Assembly (NCBI GenBank): GCA_016748015.1 | Contig: JAAOMT010000760.1 | Span: 358,219 to 422,218 of the forward strand | DNA length: 64,000 bases | Reading direction: 5' to 3' | From: Geosiphon pyriformis uo1 | Lineage: Eukaryota; Fungi; Glomeromycota | Shown here: piece after piece, positions 40,597 through 54,085 of the stretch | Position numbering within the stretch: position 1 is the first letter of the stretch | How the letters are laid out: every line of letters starts with the position of its first letter | Translations under genes and position numbers: made by a program | The notes under the pieces: generated by a model | What the model saw: the letters and a program-made list of their open reading frames with translations, nothing else | The model's database searches: none | Told to the model about the DNA's origin: nothing

Positions 40597-41437
40597 TATT
40601 ACAGGTGATTATTTAGGGTCTTAAAACAAATAACAAATCTGTAACTTGGTGCTCAATTTATTGAATGATTTGTGTCAGTTTTTGAAAATTTTTGTGGTCT
40701 GAAGATTTTGTGTTTAAGTCCTTTGTATAATAGACAAAGATTTAATTGATTGTTTTATCTGTAGCTTTCTGAAATCACAGTTTCATCAATTTCTTTTTCA
40801 GTGTAATGGCCAGTAATCCTCTTGGTAAGATATCCTCAATTCTAAGTGTTTACCTTTATTTTTGGGTCTTTTACCAATGCTATATCCTGATGTCAGTATC
40901 TCTGCATGTGAATTCTTTTTAAATTAGTAAACAACAAAGAAAATAACAAAGAAAAAAAATCAAAGATTTAAGAAAATAAGCCAAGGCAATTCAAGTTAGT
41001 ATCCTGTCAATAGCTGTGATCAAAAGTTATTGTTCCAATGTGATCAAGTATTAATTACTATCAACATAAAGAGTTGATAGTGAGAAGTAAATTTGGGGAT
41101 AGCAAATAATTATTTATTAATAATTGTAATGTAAAATGTTGCTTAGATTGAATCTAAACTGAGAGATCTGTTCTTTTTGCTTTTAATGCTACTACTATAT
41201 ATACCTAATTTATGTTCTATAAGATTGCTCACATTTCCAAGCAATGTGCTATGATTTTTTGAACAATGCTTACATTGCTAAATGATGGGCCCTAATTTTC
41301 TAATATTGCTTTACATTGCTGAATGATAGTTGTAATTTCTGGCATTGCTTCACATTGCTGAACAATGTGTTCACATGCTAACTACTACTTCTTTATTGAT
41401 CTACTATTTTCTATATTTGTTTTTTTTATGAGTAATA
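40597..41437 (-). mobile_element. Solo LTR nested in M
   Basis: Family LTR with no internal domain and a perfect 4-bp TSD CTGG (40593-40596 / 41438-41441). Confidence 0.9.
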
Positions 41438-41519
41438 CTGGTCATATAGTAAAATAGAAATTAATTGATAAGTGGAAATAATTTCTTCCTTATTAATTGC
41501 TTTTTTCTTTGCTATATTG

Positions 41520-41935
41520 ACTGATATATTTATTCTATCTGTAGATTTGAATCTATTTTTCTCTTTGACTGTAATTTTTAATTTTTTCTTTGTTCTTATT
41601 GGCATTAATTAAGCTATTTTTATTAAAAGTAGGAATATTGTCTATGCTATTTTTTTATTTAGTTTAATTATATATGTTTTTTGAATTATTTTGTAGCATT
41701 GCAATAATATTTCTTACATATTCTGCATCAATTATTTTTCTTCTATAATTAATTTCTTTTTTTGCTAAACTAAATCTAAATACTAACTGAATCATTATTG
41801 TTGCCAAAATTTCCAATGCTATTTTTAAATTAATACAAGTGTGCATATTGGGTTTTAATATTATGGCATATTTTCTTGAATATTTTAAATCAAATTCTGC
41901 ATTAGTATTATGTGTATATTCTGGTATAATATTTT
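41520..41935 (-). pseudogene. Element M dUTPase domain
   Basis: Eroded AEFDLKY, FSLAKK, IIDAEY and RFKSTD, collinear with 58100-58500. Confidence 0.82.
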
Positions 41936-42854
41936 CTTTATTATTGCTGAACCATTATAGTTTTTGCTTTATTGACAGATCTAGAAATGTGATATATTAT
42001 TTGGAATTATAATTGAAGTTTGAATTGTTATTGTCTTTGCCATATTGAATGGAGTTAGACCTATTGTTGTTGTCATCATTAAAGTCTAGATCATAATTGA
42101 ATCTCGATTCTGATTCTGATGCACATTCACTAATTGGTTTTTTTTCTTTAAAAATTGAATAGATTATGCATGGTAGTAGATTGTAAATAAGATCACAATC
42201 ATTACAATATTTAAAGTCACTGGAAATTAAGCAATATTTATACAGTCTTGTATTTAGCTGCTCTAAATACTGTTTTTGCTCTTTTTTAGTAGATGCTAAG
42301 TCTTGGTAGTATTCATAAAATTATTTTAGATCACTTAGGATATTAAAAAATGTGTTTGAGTTGAGAATAAAAATATTCTTAACTGGTTTTGGTAGGTTGT
42401 TCTTAATCATTAATATTTTACTGGGCAAAGTGTTTTTGATTTTGGCTTTTATTATTTGTTAAATTTTGTTTTTGTTATGTGGATAACTGTCTAAGTATAA
42501 GAGTGCTTAGTTCTATACAGCATTGAAAGGTGTTCCTTAGCTTATCTAATTGCTAATAAGAATTGTGTATTAACATAATACATCATATGTTTTTTCTTAA
42601 CTAGGAATGTTGTTCCATATTCTTTTGTCAAGTAATGTCTTTTTGCAAGCAAAACATAGTTTATTGTTCTATTTTTCTTGTCATTTTAGATAACCAAAAG
42701 ATCCTTAGTAATATGGTTTGCAGTAATAATGGGTGTGTATTCAGTAGTCTTTATCTGGCATAACTCAAGCTCTTATAAATAAAAGCTTCTTCTTGTAATT
42801 AATATACTTAAAAGAAATATAGAATGGTTTTTTCTTTGTGTCAATTAAATATGG

Positions 42855-43599
42855 TATTACTCATAAAATATAGGAAATATATTAGCATATAAATTAGCCA
42901 ATCAGAAGTAGCCATAGTAAATAAGAAATTCCAGGATTCTTGGTGTGAAAAATTGAGGAATTGAGGAATCTCAATTATGTATATATAACAGTAGTGCTAG
43001 AAGTAGAAAAAACAGAATTTTTTAGTTAAAAACCTCCCAGTTTAGATTTGATCTAAGCAACCTTCCATCCACAAATACCAATAAATAATTATTCACTATC
43101 TCAATTCACTCTCTACTATTAATACTTCATGTTAATAGTAATTGATACTTAACCACACTGGAACAATAGCTCTTGATTATGGCTATTGATGGGATACTAA
43201 CTTGCAATTGCTTTTACTTCTTTTTTTATTTTATTTTATTTTTTTTTTATTTCTTTTGTTATTGTTTTGTTGTACTAATTGATTAAGCATTAAAAGTGCT
43301 AAGATAAAAACATCATAGGGACTGGTAAAAGACCCATGAAACAAAGAAAGAACACTTATAGATTTGAGGATAGCTTACTAGAAGAATTACTGGCCACCAC
43401 GCTGAGAAAAAAATTCAACAGAATTGTGATTTCAGGAGGCTACTAAAAACAACTATTAAATCTTTGTCTATTATATAAAAAACTCTATACCAAAACCTTC
43501 AGAACAATAAACCTTCAAATATCAACACCAGAATACCAATCAAGCACCAAGTTATGAGTTTGTTATTTGATTTGAGACCCCAAATAATTACTGGTAACA
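42855..43599 (+). repeat. P1 5' LTR
   Basis: TATTACTC...GGTAACA termini, TATA-like TATATATAA at ~42980 and AATAAA at ~43080. Confidence 0.92.
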
Positions 43600-43601
43600 T
43601 T

Positions 43602-43618
43602 TGGTGCTCCCTGTGAGG
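43602..43618 (+). promoter_or_regulatory. PBS, complementary to an elongator tRNA-Met-like 3' end
   Basis: TGGTGCTCCCTGTGAGG, 2 nt after the LTR. Confidence 0.8.
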
Positions 43619-43631
43619 TATAATCCTACAG

Positions 43632-46600
43632 AGAACAGCACCAGCAACAAACATTCAAAAGTAACAGAATCAGAAATCATAGAAGCAAATCACTTAGGAT
43701 TTGCCAAATTCTTGTTTTAACAATACAGCCAACAATTAGGATTAAACAACAACCATTTCCCAGCAGAATCAGCCTTTAACTTCTACATTAATAATAAAAT
43801 TACAGACTGCTTAGGAGAAACAGTTAACATTGAATTTGCAAGAGAAAACTTTTATACAGAATTATTTCAACATACCAGCTTACCAAGAAACTACAGTTTC
43901 ACACCAATTATCAGAGAAATAAACCAATCCATTAAAAGATATACACAACAACAATTCCCAATCACCTACACAGACAAAGGCAAAGGAAAATTGCAAACAC
44001 CAGCAGTAACACCAAAACAAATACAACCACCTACATGAAAGAAAACCAGAGTTGAATCACCAACCAATCCATCATATCATTATACACTAGGAAGTGCCAT
44101 TAACATCTTATCAACAGGTGCATCCACATCAAATGAATATCAACATTTGGATAACTCCCATTCCAAAGTAAACAAAAGAAAACAGAATTACTAAGAACCT
44201 ATGGCAATTATTTTAAAGAATTTAAATTGCGATCGTCAATGCCATCAGAATTCTGATTACTGCCACCTCAACCAGATTTCGGAAATGCAAGTCCCTGGGA
44301 GATAACAGAATCAGAAAAAAAAGAAAAAGAAGAAGCCAAAGATCAAAAACTTACTTACCAAAAACTGATTTTGGAAAACCTGGACATTGAAACCCTGAAC
44401 TTTCAGACTCAGCAAGATCCAAACTTAGAAAATCTGGAAATTGAAACTCCAAACTTTCAAACTTCTTAAAATCTGAACAATACAAACTCCAAAACAATTA
44501 ATTAGCAAAACTTACCTCCAGTAATTGTTATCGATCAATCACCAATTAAACCAATTATTGAACTGATTTAACAGCAGTCATTTTAACCACCCCAACAATG
44601 ACAACAGCTGCTTCAACAGCTGCAACAACAATTTCAACAACCAAACTTGGATTTAATGGCCTACGCTCCAATAGCAAAACTCGAGAAATTCACTGGTGAA
44701 GAAGATGACACCCAAATATGGCTTAATAACATTGAAAAAACCATTACAGCCAATGGATGGAATGACACAAGAGCACTTTAAGTCATCTTTTATTTCTTAC
44801 AGAATACTACTGACTTGTGGTATCAAAGTTTAGTTGCCAAACCTCAAACATTCTAAGAATTTAAAGTTGCATTCCTAAGATATTTCAGTAATAATAATAG
44901 TATTAATTGCCTGGCCAACACCTTCACCACAATTAAGCAAGGAGAAACTGAAGCAGTTACCACTTACTTAAGACATTTCCACAGAAACTTACACCAAATC
45001 CAAGCAATCCAAGCTAACTATTTTACAGTGTCTCAGATTCTAAACCAGTTCATTTGTGAATTGTGCAGTAGTATCCTTTAATGCATATGTTCAATGCATC
45101 CAGTAGATCTTCAAGCTGCTGTTACAAATGCCAGAGATTTTAAAGCAGCTGAACTTGAAGCTAATTACACCCAAGCTGTCAATCTAGTGATGAATAGATC
45201 ATCTGAATTGAATTTTAAGTTGAAACAATTCAGTGACTCTATTAACCAAAAATTAAAGGAATACTTAGCTAACAATCAAGCAATCTATCAACTGCCACAA
45301 CAATATAATAATCAAGGAAATACAAATCGTTTTCAGAATCAGTCGTGTCCATCATTTTCAACCAATTAACAGTGACAGCTGGAAACATGTGTTTGCCACT
45401 ACTGTGGTAAACAAGAGCATTTAAAAATGAACTGTAGTTTAAGAATAGATAACCAACAATCAGAAAATCAATATTGAAGTTCTGATCACTGGTTTCTAAC
45501 TCTGAATTACCAACCCAATCTAGCACCATATTAACCAACTTATCTGCCAATGATGCAACAGCCAATATATCAACTACCTGTATATCAACCTCCAGCTTAT
45601 CAACTGCAGCCACCAGTAATATATCAACCACTGCAGCCACAAATAATTTATCAGACACTTGCAGTTCAAACACTGCCATCAAATCCAGCTTAAATGACAT
45701 CAGGAAACCTTAAATTGAAAATCAATCAAAATTGGAGATCAGTAATGGTTGTTTACCAACTGATTCCCAGCTCCTCTCACCAACCAACAGAATCATGTTC
45801 TCAGAATTCAAGAACTGAGCATGCCCAAAACCCAAATTTTCAACATTATTTAAGTCTCCTGGTTAACCCAAAAGACACCTAACCCAATAATCTGGAAACC
45901 AACCAACAACCAATACTTACCAACAACATTTCACCAGCTACCATTACTGAGAACAAATCACTGGATGCCATCTTCCTGTTTGAACTCAAGGAACTGTCAG
46001 CCACGCCATTATTTAATGGAACTGCTCTTGAAAAAAAACCTATTACCACCATGTACATAGATGCCAAAGTTAATGGCTATTCCATTAAACTGATTCTAAA
46101 CAGTGAATCAGCTGGCAGCATCATTACAAGACAACTTATGGACCAATTAAGTCACCAAATTAATCAAGCTATTAGTGCATAAATCATTACAGCTGATGGA
46201 GCAACCAAAACTCTGATTAGTGAGATAGACAACTTACCTATTAAAATTAACGGCATCATCATACTCATCAAAGTTCTTGTAATGGAAGCAACCCAGTACT
46301 AAGCACTTGTTGGTAATGACTGGCTATCCAAAACCAATGCAATGCTTGACTGGACCATGCAGGAACTACAACTTAGCCAGGACAGTTGACACACACATGT
46401 ACCAGCCATGTGTGGCCACTTCAAAACTACCACCCCACCAGCATCACTGATCAAATTTAAGGAAGAAAAAGAGAAACCTACCTGGGAAGTCTATTAAGTG
46501 TTCTGGGCCAATAAAAATTACAATAAGCTACCACTAATACTCTCTTAAGATGACAAAGGAAAATGAAAATAAAAAGAAGAACCTATTTGGAATGCCAACC

Positions 46601-49600
46601 AAGCCTGAGTAACCAATGATGATCAAGATGAATTAACAACTTGGAAGTAGAAAAAAGATAACAATAAGGAAAAAAGGAAAGAAAAAGAAGAAGATCTAAC
46701 ACCAACCACCACTTATAGCCCATACATTTACTCTTCATTACTACCATCTAACTATCACCAACCAAAATTGATATGCATAGATTGTGGCAAGAAATTGTCA
46801 TTAATGGGCACATGCTGTGGCAATGACAAGAAATACTCCATAGCAACAAAATTCTATTGTTGCCCATGTGTTATAAAATGGTTTGGATGCCCAAAATGAT
46901 AAGAAAAATGAAATAATAAACTATGCTTGGCTTGTGGAAAAACTCTTTTTGACGAAGAAATGTGGAATAACATTCCTGGAAGAAAAAGAACATGCAATGA
47001 ATTGTGTTAGTACATGATTCTCATAAGTGACTGAATAAGAAAGAGAATGCCCATAGATGCTATTTGGAGACAAACAGTTAAATGCTTGGATGGTTGTCCA
47101 CATGACAATAACAAAATTTGGTAAATAACTCTCGCCAAAATTGAAGGAGCATTACCAGAAAAAATAAAAATGATCAAAAATAATCTCTCAAAGCCCATAG
47201 AACTTGACTGGAACCCAGAACCAGTTATAAATCTTCTGAATCCAGAACAATTTCATGAACACTACCAGAAATTAGCACCCACTAGAGAAGAACAGGAACA
47301 ACAGTTGAAAGAAATAAACACAAGACTATGTAACTACTGGTTGATCTTATATGATTTCCAATATTGTAATGAGTGTGACCTTATTTACAATTTACCACCA
47401 CACATGATCTATACAATTCCAGAGAAGGACGAACCAATCAGCCACTGTGCATTAGAATTGGAATCAATTTTCAATTCTGATTTAAACTTCGACAATAATA
47501 ATAATAAAAACAACAGTTCCAGTTCCACTCAAGATAGCAACAAATTTAATAATAATTTGGACTCTGATTCAAACCCCAAAACATACATCACACTTCCTGA
47601 TCTCTTCAAGGAGTAAGAACTTAGATAGTACAGCAATAATAATGAAGGTATTATACCAGAATGAGTACATGATACTGATGCAGGGTTTGATCTAAGATAT
47701 CTAGGAAAAAATTTCATCAAATTGGAACCTCATTTATGCACCTGCATTGATCTTAAAATAGCACTGAAAATTCCAGCAACAACAATGGTACAGTTAGCAT
47801 TTAAAAATAGCTTAGTCAAAAAGGGAATCAACATCAGAGAAGAAATAATTGATGCAAGATATGTAGAAAACATTATTGCTATGCTACAAAATGATTCAAA
47901 AAAAGCATATATCATAGATCCAAACAAAAAAATAGCACAGGCAATATTCCTACCTCTGGTAAAAATAGCTCAGTTAGTATTAGTGAGAAACAAGAAAAAA
48001 TTAGGGATTATAACTAAAAAAATACAGAGATTTGGATCAATGAGTAAAATAGATGTATCAATCAATATAACAGAAAGAGAGGTTATTAACAAGAGAAAAA
48101 TTATTTTCATCTGTCAATCAATCTTTATTCTATCATATGACAGATACATGATCATAATAGGAAAAAAAGTGAAGAATCAGGTTCAGATTTTTGAGACAGA
48201 AACAAAACTTTGTGAATCAGGAAAAATTGAATTAGTCAATTTACACATATCAGCCAAGAACCACAGTCACATCAAAATTCCCATTTACAACAACATGAAA
48301 GATATCATCAAGATACCAGAAGGAACTATCATTGAATATTTAACCACTGAAATTGAAGATCAACTGCCAGACACCATTTCAGATTTTTCACAACTGTGTA
48401 GATATGTAGATATTACATTGCAAACAATCTATAAACGAGAAAAATGTTATCTGTTTCAACCAAAACAATTGGAACAGATGAATTTGGGAAATCTAGACCC
48501 ACTTCAATGTATACAGCTCAAAATATTACTCAACAATTTCAATAACATCTTTGCTAGTGAAAATAAATTTGGCAGAACTGATATTATCCAACATTAGATC
48601 AAGACTAGAGATGTAATGCCAATTAAACAGAGAGCATACAAAGTACCACCAGCTAGCCATGAGATCATTTGTCAAGAAATCAATCGGATGCTTGACAACA
48701 GGCTAATTCAGCCATCAATAAGCCCATAGTCATCACTAGTGGTGCTAGTTCATAAGAAAAATGGAAAAATCTGCTTTTGTGTGGATTATTGGAAACTAAA
48801 TGGAGTGACAAAAGAAGACAGCTACTCAACACCATAGATCCAAGAACTGTTTAATGCTTTTGGTGAAAAAAAATAGTTTTCAAGACTAGATTTAGACAAT
48901 GGTTACTGACAAGTAGCCATGAAACCAGAGGATAAAAAAAGACAGCTTTCACAACACAGAAAGAGAATTTTGAATTCGAAGTAATGCTATTTGGCCTAAT
49001 AAATGCTTCAGCAATATTCCAATGGCTCATAGAAATTGTCTATACTGGACTATTATGGAAATCAGTAGTCATATACTTGGATAACACAAATGTGTTCTCA
49101 AAAACATTTGATAATCATCTGCATTATCTCCAACAAGTATTTAAAAAACTCAGATAAGCAGAATTGAAACTAAATGCCAACAAATGCTTCTTTGAAAAAA
49201 CAGAGCTCAAGTTTTTGGAACATATGGTGAACAAAGATGGTATCAAAACGGATTCAGATAAGATTGTAATAGTAAAAAACTTTCCAGTACCAACCAATTT
49301 GATAGAACTAAGAGCATTTTTGAGATTCGTAGAATATTATCAGCATTTTATTAAAGATTTTTCTAAACTGGCCCAACCACTCCATTATTTACAAACAAAA
49401 AATATAAGATATAAATAGACAGAAGCCCAACAAGAAACATTTGACACACTGAAAAAAAAGCTTATTCAAGCTCCAGTATTGATGTATCCAGATCACAGCA
49501 GACTATTTATTATCACCACCGATGCATCAGACCAAGCATTAGGAGCCATATTATTATAGAGAGAATCAGATAGAAGAGAACATCCAGTAGCTTATGCCAG

Positions 49601-49877
49601 TAAAAGCTTAAGTCCAGCTGAAAAAAACTATAAAATTCCAGCACTAAAACACTTAGCTATCTATTGGGCTATCATTAAGTAGAAAAAATACTTAAACCAA
49701 AAATTTGACATATACACTGACCATAAAGAATTAACTTCAATCCAGAAACAGAAATTTGGAGATAATTGTCATGCCAAATAGAAAATAGAACTTTCATTAT
49801 TCAATTATATAGTACATTATAAAAAGGGAAAAGACAATGGAAATATTAATGGTTTGTCATGTATAAAACAAATCTAA
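43632..49877 (+). pseudogene. P1 polyprotein: pre-Gag, Gag, PR, Cys/His-rich insert, dUTPase, RT, RNase H
   Basis: MAYAPIAKLEKF at 44656, knuckle CHYCGKQEH at ~45394, LILNSES at ~46090, DAGFDL..KIAQ..FGSM at 47676-48042, YLDN at ~49073 and TDAS at ~49518. Confidence 0.9.
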
Positions 49878-50068
49878 AAACATTTCAATCCAAAAATATA
49901 ACAAAAGATGAATATACAAAATAACCAACACCCAATTTGAAAAATTACAAAACAAGATAACACAAGTAATTCTCAAAAAAGAAATCCAAAAAATACTCAA
50001 AGATGAAGAATTGGAGTTAAGAAATTTAAGAAATCTCGATAGTGCTCAATATTAAAAAGAGGGAATAA

Positions 50069-50921
50069 TGTTACTTATAAAATATAAGAAATATATTAGT
50101 ATATAAATTAACTAATCAGAAGTAGTTATAGTAAATGAGAAATTCCAGAATTCTTCTCAAAAGGAATTGCAGGATTCCAAGAATTTCAAAATTCTTATAC
50201 AAGGAATTGCAGGATTCCAGAATTCCAGGATTTCAGGAATTCCAGAATTTCTGGTGTGAAGAATTAAGGAATTTCAATTATGTATATATAGCAATAGTAC
50301 TAAAAGTAGAAAAAACAGAATCTTTCAGTTAGAGACCTCCCAGTTTAAATCTGATCTAAGCAACCTTTTATTCACAAATACCAATAAATAATTATTCACT
50401 ATCTCAATTCACTTTCCACTATCAACACTTCATGTTAATAGTAATTGATACTTAACTATACTGGAACAATAACTCTTGATTATGGCTATTGATGGGATAC
50501 TAACTTGCAATTGTTTTTACTTTTTTTTTATTTTTTTTTATTTTTTTTTATTTTTTTTTATTTTTTTTTATTTTTTTTGTTATTGTTTTGTTGTATTAAT
50601 TGATTAAGGATTAAAAGCGCTGAGATAAAGACGTTATAGGGACTGGTAAAAGATTTGTAAAACAAGAGTAAAACACTCATAGATTTAAGAATAGCTTACT
50701 AAGAAAATTACCAGTCACCATGCTAAAAAAAAAATTTGACAGAATTGCGATTCTGGGAGGCTACTGAAAACAACTATTAAATCTCTGTCTATTATACAAA
50801 AAACTCTACACCAAAACCTTCAGAACAATCAAATCTTCAGATATCAACATTATTATATTAATCAAGCACCAAGTTATGGATTTGTTATTTGATTTGAGAC
50901 CCCAAACAATTATCTGTAACA
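50069..50921 (+). repeat. P1 3' LTR
   Basis: TGTTAC...GTAACA termini, with an expanded GAATTCCAG-type array at 50138-50275. Confidence 0.92.
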
Positions 50922-53171
50922 ATGAAGTATGTTAACTGTCAACAGTCTTGTTGGTGTTAATAATGTCTTATAATTTATTCTCTTTTTTTTCTTTTTTTTT
51001 GTCATTTTATAATAAGATTGGCAGTAGTGTATTGTAATTTTTTTTGGCTCATGAGACTTGATAGGCTTCCTAGATAGGTTTGTTTTTTTCTTTTTTTAAT
51101 TTTATCAGTAGTTGTGGTTGAGTAATTTGTAGTTTAAAATGACTATATATAGCTAATACTTATATGTATTGTCTATTTTAACTGAGCTGTAGCTTTTAAG
51201 TGGTCTAGTTAAACACAATGCTGGTCTTAGACAGCCAGCTATTATCCACTAGTACTTGATATTGCATGGCTTTTATGACAAGAATCTTGATTGGCATAAT
51301 GATGCATTAACTTCAAATAAAAAGTTGTCTATTTTGCCAATTAGAGTTTTGTTTGCTTTATTGGCTGTAATAATCTTGGTGTTGACAGCATGATTAACTT
51401 GGTGACCTAATTGGTCTATAAGTTGTTATGTAATAATGCTGTCTGCTGACCCACTATCAAGAATTAACTTGATAAGATATTCATCAACTTTCATATTGGT
51501 GTATATTATAGTAATTAGTTTGCTTTAAGAGTGGCTCCATTAAATAAAAACATTTTAACTAGTTCTTCAAGTTTAAAAGAGAAGATAATAATAAGTGATT
51601 TGTTTTCAGTAATGGTTGCTAGTGGAATATTGTTGGTGAATAATTGAATTTGATTGGGTTTCTGTTTGCTGAGTTGGGCATCTTCTGGGGTAATTAAGAG
51701 ACTTAAATAGTTTTGGAAATTCAGGTTTTGGTTGTACTCAATTCTCAACTTCCACTAGTATAATTCTAATAGTTAACTTAATAAACTAAAGATCAGTTGG
51801 TGCATGACTATTACCAATCTTCAGTTTTGTTAAGTATGAATAATTCTTGGTCTTTGGTTTCTGGATGTTATTTGAGTTAAGTTTTGTGGTGGTGTTTGAA
51901 ATAATTGGAGTTAATAGATAACTGTGGCTATGATTAATATATTACTAGTGCTGGAGACTAATAAATTAGTAGTAAATATATTGTTTATTGTGTTAATAAG
52001 ACATAATAAGATTGATATGATGCTTGATTTGATTGATAATTTGGAGTTTGAAATCAGTAATAAGAGTTTCAATATTGATTTTCTGATCATTGATTGTTAA
52101 TTCTAGCATGGCAATCAACCCTTATATAATCTTGTTTACTACAATTGTAACAGATACATGTTTTTTGTAACCACAATTAATAAGTTGATAATGAAAAGAG
52201 ATATAACTGATTTTGGAACTGATTAAAAATTTCTGAATTGTCATGACATTGTGAAAGTTAATATATTGCTTGATTATTAGCTAAGTATTTCTCTAATTTT
52301 TGGTTAATGCAATTATTAAATTGTTTCAACTTAGAGTCCAAGTCAAATGATCTATTTATTACTAGGTTAATGACTTGAGCATAATTGGCTTTTAGCTTGG
52401 CTGATTTAAAATCTCTGGCATGGATGACTGCATTTTGAAATATCTATAGATATAATAGTTATATGTATTATAGAATACTATTGCATAAGCTATGAATGAA
52501 CTGGTTCAGAATTTGTGGTGTTATAAAGTAATTTGCATCAATGGCTTGTATTTGGTGCAAATTTCTATGGAAATGTCCTAGGTAAGTAGTAATTGCTTCT
52601 GTATTATCTTGTTTAATGATAGTAAATACTATTGTCAAGCAATTAATGCNNNNNNNNNNNNNNNNNNNNTTCTGAATTGTCATGACATTGTGAAAGTTAA
52701 TATATTGCTTGATTATTAGCTAAGTATTTCTCTAATTTTTGGTTAATGCAATTATTAAATTGTTTCAACTTAGAGTCCAAGTCAAATGATCTATTTATTA
52801 CTAGGTTAATGACTTGAGCATAATTGGCTTTTAGCTTGGCTGATTTAAAATCTCTGGCATGGATGACTGCATTTTGAAATATCTATAGATATAATAGTTA
52901 TATGTATTATAGAATACTATTGCATAAGCTATGAATGAACTGGTTCAGAATTTGTGGTGTTATAAAGTAATTTGCATCAATGGCTTGTATTTGGTGCAAA
53001 TTTCTATGGAAATGTCCTAGGTAAGTAGTAATTGCTTCTGTATTATCTTGTTTAATGATAGTAAATACTATTGTCAAGCAATTAATGCTATTATTATTGC
53101 TAAAATATCTTAAAAATTTGGTTTTAACTTTGTTGAAGATAACAAATTTGTTAATTAGACTCTAATACTAT
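50922..53171 (-). pseudogene. Element M protease and Gag (middle segment)
   Basis: LILDSGSADSII at ~51436-51471, knuckle CYNCSKQD at ~52130-52155 and AITTYLGHFHRNLHQI. Confidence 0.88.
52231..53088. other. Assembly artefact: identical 419-bp copies flanking a 20-N gap
   Basis: 52231-52649 equals 52670-53088, with Ns at 52650-52669. Confidence 0.9.
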
Positions 53172-54085
53172 TGTTACTTATAAGAAAAAAACAGATATAG
53201 AAAAAGAGTAGACCAATAAGAGAGTAGTAGTTAACATATGAGCACATTGCTTAGCAATATGGAGCAATATCAGAAATCAGAACACATTGCTCAGCAATAT
53301 GGAACAATGTCAGAAATTACAGCACATCACTTAGCAATATAGAGCAATATCAAAAAAATATGACACATTGCTCATCAAGGTGAGCATTGCTTGAAAAATT
53401 ATAGCACATTGCTCAAGAAATATGAGCAATCTTTTAGAACTCAAATTATGTATATATAGTGATAGTATTAAAAGTAAAAAAAACAGAATCCTTTTATTAG
53501 AGACCTCTCAATTTAGATTTCATCTAAGCAACTTTCTATTCACAAATATTAAATAAATAATTATTTACCATTTCAATCTACTTTCCACTATCAACACTTT
53601 ATATTGATAGTAATTGATACTTAACCACACTAGAACAATAGCTCTTGATTACAGCTATTGACGGATACTAACTTGCACATTGCCTTGGCTTATTTTTTTA
53701 TTTTCTTTTATTTTTTTTTCTTGATTTTATTGTTGTATACTAACTGATTAAGGATTAAAGTGCTGAGTAATTGATGTCACGGATAGCCTGGTAAAAGACC
53801 CAGAAATAAGAGTAAAATTATATATATATTAACAGATAGCTTACCAGAAAGGCACAAATGCCAGAATAAACTGGCCACCAAGCTGAAGACAGAAATTGGG
53901 AACACCACTCACTAATCAACTACATCATTATTGAATCTCTGTTTATTATACAAAAGACTCTCAATTAAAACCTTCAGATAAAGACAATGTATCAAAATTA
54001 CCACCAGCATCCATTAAAGTAGATACTAAGCACCAAGTTATGGGTTTGTTATTTGACTTAAGACACCAAATAATCACTTGTATTA
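53172..54085 (+). repeat. P2 5' LTR
   Basis: Five ~40-bp U3 units at 53241-53431, TATA-like box at ~53450, and TACTAAC at ~53667 and ~53738. Confidence 0.93.

Larger units (their letters stand above)
42855..50921 (+). mobile_element. Ty3/Gypsy element P1 (dUTPase family), integrase-deleted, nested in M
   Basis: LTRs at 42855-43599 and 50069-50921, PBS, PPT (~50054-50065) and TSD ATGG/ATGA. Confidence 0.93.

Noticed and set aside
52231-53088. Duplicated gag segment in element M
   Set aside because: The copies are identical in an otherwise hypermutated element and flank a 20-N gap, so this is an assembly artefact.
53241-53431. CRISPR-like regularly spaced palindromic repeats
   Set aside because: The whole 40-bp unit repeats with no unique spacers, it lies inside LTR U3, no cas genes are present, and the context is eukaryotic.
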